Assembly: GCA_024704765.1 (NCBI GenBank)
Contig: JAKMXF010000033.1
Coordinates: 620,001-684,000 of the forward strand
Reading direction: 5' to 3'
Length of the DNA stretch: 64,000 nucleotides
DNA from: Oopsacas minuta
Lineage: Eukaryota > Animalia > Porifera
Below the pieces are notes generated by a model. The model was given only the letters and a program-made list of their open reading frames with translations. It did not search any database and was not told the DNA's origin. The first letter of the stretch is position 1, and each line of letters starts with the position of its first letter. Both the position numbers and the translations under genes were made by a program. This document shows positions 59,001-64,000 of this stretch, in pieces.

Positions 59001-60350
59001 TAGGCAGCCTGATTCAGAAAGCGTATATATTTCCTTTTAATATTACTTAGGTTGGAGTACTGTCTGATTTCTCTGAAGAACTTTACTTAATGAAAACCAA
59101 TAATTACAGGTAAGCCCATACGTATATACAAGTATAATAAAGATGTAATCTACTTCTTAACCTTCGCGATTTCGAATGAGATCTTTTTTAACATATTATT
59201 TTACACATTTCAGTTTACCTATTCATAGCCATTCAGACCTAATTAGCACTCTCATACTTCTAAATTGTTTATTAGTCGAGAATAATGGCAGAACCCGATG
59301 ACTTGCCCCCTCTGGAAGATTTCTCTCCACTTTTCGAAAAGCTAAGCGCCTCAAATCAAACTAACAGTACCCAGCAGACTGATGCTATTAGTACTATCCC
59401 AAATGTACCATTGGAAAATATCAAGGAAGAAAAACCAAAGACAGATTCATTTGGTGGGTTACGTAAAGGATTTCTGAATCCTAAACCTAAGAAAGAAATT
59501 TCACAAGAAGTAACTATGTTAAAGAGTAATCCTTCAAAAGGTGGAGCTTCTGTTAAAATGGATGAGATGAAGAGAGCTGTTGATGACTCAATGAAAGAAC
59601 AGATATCATTACTACCAGAGAATTGGATGACAGATAGTCTGCTAGACAAGGTAGAGAGTAATCCTATGCTAGCTCAAGCCTTCAGACATCCAGAATTCTC
59701 AAATGTTATAACACGATTCACTCAGAATCCTACTCAAGCTATTCATGACTATGGAGATACACCAGCATTTCGTGAGTTCTTCAAAGAGATGTGTGCTTTA
59801 CTGAGTCAGCACTTCACTCAGCTTGCCGATGAGACAGAAGGTGATGTAGAAGAGGTTCAGATTGAAGATGAGGAGGATAAGAAAATGAGAGAAATATTAT
59901 GTAAAGAGGATGTACAGGAAGCTATGCAAGATCCAAGAATTCGACAGCTGGTCATGGATATGAAACAAAACCCAGAACGTGCACAAAATACCTTTATTAC
60001 TGCATCACCTCAGCTTAAGAGGAAAATATACGTACTCACTAATAATAATATAATTGGCTTACAGAGTAAATAGATACTACCTCTGTATATCACTTCTTTA
60101 TGCTATTGGAATGTACTATCAAAACTTAAGTATTAGTTTTAAAGTCAAAAGTATATTTTTCCGTTTTACAATAATTCGTGAGTTTACTGTATCTGTATAC
60201 TTACTGTGTATGTTATTGTGTAGCGTGGGAGAGCATCTACAGATGTTCAATCAGCTGTCTAACTACCATCCTGACAATCCTACTAATGAAGGTGACAACA
60301 ATGTAGCCCCATTCTTGAAGATACTACTCCGTGAGGATCTGATCCAGTAA
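39979..60350 (+). CDS. HPS6: HPS6-like (BLOC-2 subunit), 18-19 exons, about 790 aa; host of 9-10 nested genes
   Basis: Exons [39979-40037 tentative], 42585-42716, 43759-43885, 51213-51517, 51601-51658, 51734-51835, 51895-52121, 52257-52392, 55705-55866, 56155-56191, 56242-56502, 56758-56838, 56899-56978, 58370-58444, 58502-58698, 58760-58856, 58917-58967, 59051-59109, 60224-60350. All are GT-AG and phase-compatible; total 2373 nt. Colinear with remembered HPS6: GLL|VQEDG vs LVLVWESG; LIWTEDRQ vs LVWCEERQ; [30 protein letters not shown] vs [37 protein letters not shown] vs YRRALAVL; EWKTAL vs QWDRAL. Confidence 0.78.
40112..42008 (+). CDS. OAT: Ornithine aminotransferase, mitochondrial, 3 exons
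   Basis: Exons 40112-40594, 40998-41332, 41501-42008. Motifs [39 protein letters not shown]|[11 protein letters not shown] and [10 protein letters not shown]. Confidence 0.96.
40779..40937. mobile_element. MITE family A in OAT intron 1
   Basis: Core GGACCGCGATAATTAC and right end TAATGGGAGTTGACCGTA. Confidence 0.7.
42245..42407 (+). mobile_element. hAT-type MITE, copy 1
   Basis: CCAACGGCTCCCAACCTGAGGTC ... AAGTTGGGAAAGCTGTG. Confidence 0.7.
42745..42907 (-). mobile_element. hAT-type MITE, copy 2, inverted relative to copy 1
   Basis: Its reverse complement CCAGTGGTTCCCAGCCTAGGGTCCATGGACC...AGGGGTCAACAGGATCTCAAAATTT aligns with copy 1. Confidence 0.75.
42986..43495 (-). CDS. GLRX5: Monothiol glutaredoxin 5, mitochondrial, intronless, nested in an HPS6-like intron
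   Basis: [42 protein letters not shown]. Confidence 0.95.
   Translation of the reverse strand: MAYKKVLNLRKLITISTLHPVITTRYISTSLYYSIPYTLPMAIPQRRLYSDTTEEDSEVNTQIRTLINSDKVVVFMKGTPERPMCGFSKAVVQILQIHGVQFSSINVLEDNSLRQGVKEYTSWPTIPQIFFNGELLGGMDILFKMHQEDELVTELEKIGIKSRLANDTK
43527..43719. mobile_element. MITE family A
   Basis: TACAGTTATCTCCCGTTATATCG ... ATATAACGGAAGTTGACTGTA. Confidence 0.85.
44086..45584 (-). CDS. PM20D2: Peptidase M20 domain-containing 2 (Xaa-Arg dipeptidase-like), 3 exons, with an apparent 2-bp frameshift in exon 1
   Basis: [29 protein letters not shown]|[37 protein letters not shown]...PSIHP. The ATG at 45584 is out of frame with the rest because of a (GA)5 run at 45489-45498. 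Confidence 0.85.
45876..46874 (-). CDS. DTNBP1: Dysbindin (BLOC-1 subunit 8), intronless, nested in an HPS6-like intron
   Basis: [30 protein letters not shown] vs remembered [30 protein letters not shown]; [23 protein letters not shown] vs [23 protein letters not shown]; acidic tail. Confidence 0.8.
   Translation of the reverse strand: MSGSWPRPWQTLSNASHSLQEELSREVSTMRKFATNFVKKRTAEAPGQEDTSEVAAIYTPRVGYELVAWNAANLAEIRKRAVKSAGEGDRLGRVIARVNKQAKKSWKVYNGFHKELQAILETVQMVDKIRTDLSTISDEISSINFRLIELDLLNAQVQMSRAKMEEFRRFSVYKQTRQEELKQMDVKLKVVRDVQRETSERQRMESLAQKQRFLAESFQQQMLQYKEYGTLRPGMVDRKFQGSSEYDKQLGEVEIEGDVARDDDLNKFLSDAPSFDQPEILTDIEPESASPVHSPLTNERLMHSLLEQKMDGKKIGDVQDESPASSGLDKDS
47938..50091 (+). CDS. IRS/DOK-family PH-PTB docking protein, intronless, nested on the same strand
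   Basis: PH domain (IIREGYVKV...FDDWVSDL), IRS-type PTB ([29 protein letters not shown]), tail with YMKM, YEVM and YMN motifs, poly-Asn end. Confidence 0.85.
50029..50067. repeat. (AAT)13 coding microsatellite (poly-Asn)
   Basis: Direct reading at the end of the IRS-like ORF. Confidence 0.9.
50510..50660. mobile_element. MITE (AACCTCCAC/GTGGAGGTT family)
   Basis: TACAGTGTAACCTCTACAAACG ... CGGAGGTTTCACT; related to 54661-54726 and 58140-58316. Confidence 0.6.
50767..51015 (+). CDS. COA5: Cytochrome c oxidase assembly factor 5 (PET191), nested on the same strand
   Basis: Twin CX9C pattern and [23 protein letters not shown]. Confidence 0.93.
   Translation: MSYIEEDQPPDSKKYICSGLRHDLLACIKSSPCYKMGMSPKECLKTAGDNLDPKCPPLYYAFFECKRSSFDNRSRFRGKKGY
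52678..54471 (+). CDS. CCDC13: Coiled-coil domain-containing 13-like, intronless, nested on the same strand
   Basis: [18 protein letters not shown] and [16 protein letters not shown] match remembered CCDC13 motifs. Confidence 0.8.
   Translation: MSVSPESDQASHSLRLRERLMAIQQNRQTGRIATQSNTDPVSDDNLKLQTFSVKSCSEVNTAISEKELCYYQDQVARLQTENSQLKKGIGEKDRDLKKSQEALQAIGAGGGGGNVAAKIVELSKKVRELQSELYTEQSRSMKLERNQIELQELIRLGEGELDQLRDQLENKSPSLEELSPSDQKKLELMREEVTDLKARLMEGKNLNQSMKQELRLTQKALTQELGPDADKYTLSQLINSEAAWKGRAQQIKLLKKKVSELRAQLQQDTVSTNSQLDTERDVSSAERLDTCDMRVSTRLYGSSVSSQSDRQRELLKKMETSRKETAEKTQNELDELRKIQTDYKHKNTALQARNQTLSQEVKQLRRDLADSKSREISLAKQSADTATTSVNKNQANIEGLKQELHKKCVQIENLTQEISNNKDHVTLPSLGESIKSSKVRQVVSKPGVSLNRGHLTDNELLDIARINGMLLSVSVERDKLRELVSLMQERLQEAVEIGSTQETLLRQMKHSNALLEKEACRGGNRSGAVLTSDNDSLMQRINISEDENSALQHRLASINQSRKEDTRMYKEMLDTSRQIFTDTLNQLRSVVVDRESV
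54661..54726. mobile_element. 66-bp MITE
   Basis: TACAGTGAACCTCCACGAAT ... ATTTGTGGAGGTTTCACTGTA. Confidence 0.75.
54800..55492 (+). CDS. Type I membrane protein with a small Cys-rich ectodomain (Shisa/WBP1/VOPP1-like), nested on the same strand
   Basis: Signal peptide; [11 protein letters not shown]...[13 protein letters not shown]; [25 protein letters not shown]; low-complexity tail. Confidence 0.65.
   Translation: MQFIDCFIISVYILLYVSITSADQRCPGVPDGGFCPYDPARLDAIVCCDLGFGPHCCNSTEFEQINNVKFYVLWGSVGLGLLAGFVLVPICVVLMHFAIQKCPNICARGSKNRRAHKSSVMPPRRPEPLEERLYGPADDDDPVESSEYSQAIASKTSPFYRKYSELTDKIHTIETDLPSASTGNDIAHSNLFYDTQLEKEEADLLDKQRMLWRKSSFSEGGPSKLALPPK
55889..56007. mobile_element. MITE family A, internally deleted
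   Basis: AAGTCAACTTCCGTTAAATCGAAGCTCAAAGGACCGCGATAATT ... GATATAGCGGGAGTTAACAGTA. Confidence 0.7.
56526..56668. mobile_element. MITE in an HPS6-like intron
   Basis: TACAGTGGAACCTTGTTAATACGAA ... TTCGTATTAACGAAGTTCCACTGTA, near-perfect 25-bp TIR. Confidence 0.85.
57198..58079 (+). CDS. PIH1D1: PIH1 domain-containing protein 1 (R2TP), intronless, nested on the same strand
   Basis: [37 protein letters not shown]; C-terminal CS-like domain LDLCLPY...[14 protein letters not shown]. Confidence 0.85.
   Translation: MDTLPDNLLSQLVTSPSTGDNLPINDTTPQSINILPTPVFCLKTKLNNTNDKIFINVCTSDQMKKPPDVTDEELIKIIRTQDCSQYRVPLSLGEPRTELDRSHNACVVYDVIVHSCLYTESQKRPIMMEFLLLLLVEGLEAKYDIELNREMRRMQNIKCMGTPTEHRIRTQSKPRIEMEENDDVIESNTYSPLITEVNTNTQSVSSPIPEYTLTKDPPDTHPEYIVLEAKLPLLKSSKHVELNIGEDRIVLTAHPDRYHLDLCLPYYVIPGQVGAQFDKKTKLLSITMSVQKL
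58140..58316. mobile_element. MITE (AACCTCCAC family)
   Basis: CCTCCATAAACGAGGCCTGTGG ... CGTTTGTGGAGGTCAGACAGTGTA. Confidence 0.55.
59285..60073 (+). CDS. Uncharacterised protein with two STI1/DP-type motifs, intronless, nested on the same strand
   Basis: [71 protein letters not shown]. Confidence 0.7.
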   Translation: MAEPDDLPPLEDFSPLFEKLSASNQTNSTQQTDAISTIPNVPLENIKEEKPKTDSFGGLRKGFLNPKPKKEISQEVTMLKSNPSKGGASVKMDEMKRAVDDSMKEQISLLPENWMTDSLLDKVESNPMLAQAFRHPEFSNVITRFTQNPTQAIHDYGDTPAFREFFKEMCALLSQHFTQLADETEGDVEEVQIEDEEDKKMREILCKEDVQEAMQDPRIRQLVMDMKQNPERAQNTFITASPQLKRKIYVLTNNNIIGLQSK

Positions 60351-60765
60351 CAACGTTAGAGATAAAAATTTACATAGTTTTAAAATTTATAGTTAAGATA
60401 TTGATGTGTATGTAATTTGTGAATTGTGAATGTTTGTATATTTTCACGAATGTATAAAATATGTCGCCTGCTTCATAACCTGACTTCCGGAGTCAGAATC
60501 AAGCAAACCCAAATTCTGAATCCGTTCGATAAAAGTCCAATTTATGCATTTGCTCTACAACAAAGTTCGGGATTCGACTTAGAATAAATCTACACGAAAG
60601 CTCAAATTCAACTACCCAATCACTTAACAGTTATCTGTAACTCCCAAAACAATAGACATACAAAGGTTTATGCTTAACTTGTAAACATATGTACAAAGTG
60701 AATATTTATAATTAAAATAAAGCTGTAGAAAACACAATGAAATGATCAGAAAATATTAAAATATT

Positions 60766-63530
60766 TCATATAAGAAATCTTTTCAAACCAACAAGAGATC
60801 TTGGTGAATAGAGGAGATATTTAGCTAACTGGTCTGTCCATGCTGAAAAAGCTAATTCATTAAACGCTACAACAAACATTAATTCGAGTTGAGTTTCTAT
60901 TTTAAACAAAAAGTATTTCTGTCCTTTTATATCCCTGTCGCACCTCTCTCTCTCCTCTTTTGAAGTCTCAGTTGTAACTTCTTTAAGAGGAGAAGCTTTG
61001 AAATTATCACTAAAATAACTCTTCTTTCCTCTTCCCCAACATACCCTAGAGGTAGATATATCTAACCACATATAAACTCTATGTAGTGCTCCCTGCATGC
61101 CAAACTCATACACCCCCATATCACATCCATAGGCTAATACTTCCAGTTCTCTAATAGTTGTATAGACACGGGATTGAGGGGGCAGGAATCTTGATGATAC
61201 GGAGGATCGCGTGGTAGCTCTTGATAGTGCACTGGTAGCACGACGTGAATTGAATGATGCATATGATATAGATGTTGATAATGTACTGATGACGTCATCC
61301 TGTTGTAAAGACCGACTTAAATCAATCACAGAAGTTTCATGACATGTGAATAGAGCTACAGTATAGTTGTGTCCCTTCATAAGAGCGTAGTCAAGTGCAG
61401 TCTTCTCATTGTTATCAGTCTGTCCTGCATCTGCCCCTCTATCCAGCAGGTACTTGCATGCTTCTACCTGATCACTAACAGCAGCCCAGTGTAATGGAGT
61501 ACGGCCTAGTTTATCTACGTCACAAACAGCATCTCTCCTTAGAGATAACACAGCCTTCATAGCCGGGATAGACCCCATCTCTGCAGCTTCATGCAACACT
61601 GTCTTACCCTTATGATCCTTGAAGAATGTGGATTCTAACTTCAATAGTCTCCGTAGACATTTAGCATTATCTGTATGTACTGCCCAGTGATTAGCCGTCT
61701 TACCATCAACGTCTTTCTCTTCAACTTCAGCTCCTAATGACAGCAGTAGTGATACGCAGGCTATTTGGTTGTGATAAGCAGCCCACATGAGCGGAGTCAT
61801 GTTAGCGTCATCTGTAGCATTCAGTATGTGTGGATGTCTATTGACTATGTATTGTATGGATTTAGGGTTATACGGGTGTGTAGCCCAGTGTATTGGCAGT
61901 CTTCCCTCTCCGTCACTAATCCTAGCATCCGCCCCTTTAGCTAACAAGTACTCCACCAAGTTGTAGTGACCTAAATAGCAAGCCATGTGTAGTGTAGTAG
62001 CTCCATCAGTAACCTGTTGGTTCAGGAATGAACTGTCGTTAACTAGAGTCTGTACACAGTCCATATGGATCAGCTGTTCATTGAATGTTAGCATTAATGG
62101 TATTCTACCGTGTCTATCTACTGCATTGACGTCAGCACCTGTACTAATTAGCAGGTGTATCTGATGCAGCTGTCCTAGCTTTGCAGCTACATGCAGTGGA
62201 GTTAATCCATCTTCTAATACTTCTCTCATGAGCAGTTCGTCAGGTGAGAACACCTGCATCTGATACTGTACGGACTCTTCTACTTTGTAGTCTGGACATG
62301 GTACTGTGTATAACCGATGAGGGAATTGACTAGCGTATGGAGGTGCAGGTCTGTCTGGGAGAGATATCTGGTTTAATAGAGTTATGATATCAAACTTCTT
62401 TGCTATCTTCTGAGGTTGATAAGTCTGTTTGGTACGTAGATTAAGCAATCGGGTTTTTAGATCAGTGACTTCTTCAGTGGTAATAACACTAAGCTCGTCT
62501 GTATTCAGTTCTAATTTGGGTGTATTTTCATAAACTTCACAGTCTCCTAATCCACTGACGTCATCACTTTCAGGCAACTTCTCTTGTTCCCTTTCTATCC
62601 ACTCTATTGATTCTGTTTCCACACATTCTATAGATCCAATAGTTTCAGTATTCTTAGGGGAGATAGGGTGTACTTGTGTATTCTTGACTTTTCTCTTTTT
62701 GTTACGTTTCTCCTTGCCTTTTCGTTGTTCTTTATCCCAAGCTATTTGAGGGAGATGTGAAGGGATAGTCTTTTCCGTTGTGATGACGTCATTAGAAATA
62801 GTTCCCTCTGTAATTGTATTGTCCTGTCTATCTTGTAGCTCCGTAGAGCTTACAGACTCAACATTAGTAAGAATATGTGTTGGAATCAAGCTTCCGTCAT
62901 CATTTCTAGTAAGTGTCGTGTTAGATTCTGTGAGTGAAATCTCTTCAAGATCTGAGTCATCAAAATCTTGCAATATCTCAGCAGTGGATGCATTTATCTG
63001 AGAGAAGAGGTCTTCTCTCTCGAAGTCCCCCTCCCAAGCCTTTCTGTGTTTAGGTTTATAGCTCGTGCCTATATGAGGAGGATCAGGGTAACCGGATATA
63101 GTGGCATGTGTGGGTAGGTGAAATGGCAGTACTTTGTTCCGTTTCTTAGGATTGATTACCACTATGTTCTTGAGGCGTTTCTTCTTCCCAAAACTATCTT
63201 CATGGACAGGGAGAGTAATCACGGCATCAGGCTCTTTCATCCTTCCCTTAGAAACAAGAGAATAAATAATAATCTATAAATATTAAAACCTATATGAATC
63301 ACTAAATTAGTCAGCTCCCGTTATCTAGAGATACCAGCTTATTATACCCAAGTCTGAAATTGTAGAAATATGATCCCAAACCGTCAAAGTAACATTATTA
63401 TACCGGAGTTATCGCGGTCCCTTGAGCTACGGGAGTTGACTGTACACCTAAAGTAGTCCCTAACTCTAAGCAGCTCCATCTCACTTACCTGAGAGAGGAG
63501 CAAATATGACAAAGAATATGATTTGATCAT
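60766..63530 (-). CDS. Ankyrin-repeat protein (about 9-10 repeats) with disordered N-terminus and PH-like C-terminus
   Basis: GLTPLHVAAKLG, GATTLHMACYLG, MTPLMWAAY, GRTPLHWAA. Probable first exon 63489-63530 (MIKSYSLSYLLLSQ|GTAAGT) splices in phase 0 to GRMKEPD at 63246. Confidence 0.8.
63308..63444. mobile_element. MITE family A in the ankyrin-gene intron
   Basis: TAGTCAGCTCCCGTTATC ... TACGGGAGTTGACTGTA. Confidence 0.75.
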
Positions 63531-63650
63531 TTTATTAGAAAAATAGATTGTTCTAGAAATAACAACCTATATGTGTGCATTCGAAAATGATCACAATCTA
63601 CTGTTCTCAGTGCCAGTCTACTACAGTGTGACACCTGTCATCTGTCCCAC

Positions 63651-64000
63651 TCAGTAGTGATTACCGCTTGAATTCGATCCACGGCTCTGGCTGCTGTTAT
63701 TCCCTCCGTTCTTCTGGCGACTGAACACCATCCCCCCGTTGGATTGCCCAACCTCAGTTGGTATGGGGTAATACCCACTATACGTGAGTTGCTGTTGCCC
63801 CCCTGGTCCTTGACAGGGTGTCTGAGAAAAGTATGCACTGAGACTCCGTTGAGTTGCTTCCTGACTAAACCCATTATATTCTCCAGCCGAATAGTTATAT
63901 CCATAGGGGAAGGGATAGTACTGACCATAGTGCCCTCCATAGCCATATGCATAGTAATAGCAAGCAGCTGGATCTGTATAGCAAGGGTATGTACCCATAA
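63651..64000 (-). CDS. 3' end of a gene running off the right edge; Tyr/Gly/Gln/Ser-rich low-complexity tail
   Basis: Open frame YYYAYGYGGHYGQYYPFPYGYNY...GGNNSSQSRGSNSSGNHY*, more GC-rich than intergenic DNA. Confidence 0.6.
   Translation of the reverse strand, partial: MGTYPCYTDPAACYYYAYGYGGHYGQYYPFPYGYNYSAGEYNGFSQEATQRSLSAYFSQTPCQGPGGQQQLTYSGYYPIPTEVGQSNGGMVFSRQKNGGNNSSQSRGSNSSGNHY

Noticed and set aside
60054-60350. ORF-track 98-aa protein as a separate gene
   Set aside because: Its 3' part (60224-60350) is the terminal HPS6-like exon; the 5' part is intron or 3'UTR of the STI1 gene.

Overview
AT-rich, gene-dense eukaryotic (animal) DNA with short GT-AG introns, many intronless conserved genes and many small TA-flanked MITEs. 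The style suggests a compact non-bilaterian genome, plausibly a glass sponge; this is inference only. No rRNA, tRNA or CRISPR array was seen. The ORF track misses the main structure: two intron-rich host genes made of small exons, which I assembled by hand. (1) A 10-exon CIB-family EF-hand gene on the minus strand (2256-11974) carries EXOSC4, an eIF3j-like gene and a whole 6-exon receptor tyrosine phosphatase inside three of its introns. (2) An 18-19-exon HPS6-like (BLOC-2) gene on the plus strand (39979 or 42585 to 60350, about 790 aa) carries 9-10 complete genes in its introns, six or seven on the same strand. One guest is dysbindin (BLOC-1), and AP-3 delta lies about 22 kb away, so three Hermansky-Pudlak/lysosome-related-organelle genes are linked. 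Top-level genes form two strand-coherent blocks diverging from about 33.3-34.2 kb, and most start codons have a splice-acceptor-like site just upstream, which suggests operon-like units resolved by trans-splicing. Also present: the right end of a Ginger-like transposon, an IFI44-like protein with a CaaX box, a PITP with an FFAT-like tail, TDH, an adhesion GPCR with lectin/FN3/Ig ectodomain, MED6, WDR93-like, CCDC22, a frameshifted PM20D2, an ankyrin-repeat gene, orphan NHL-repeat exons and several minisatellites. All family calls come from remembered motifs, not database searches.
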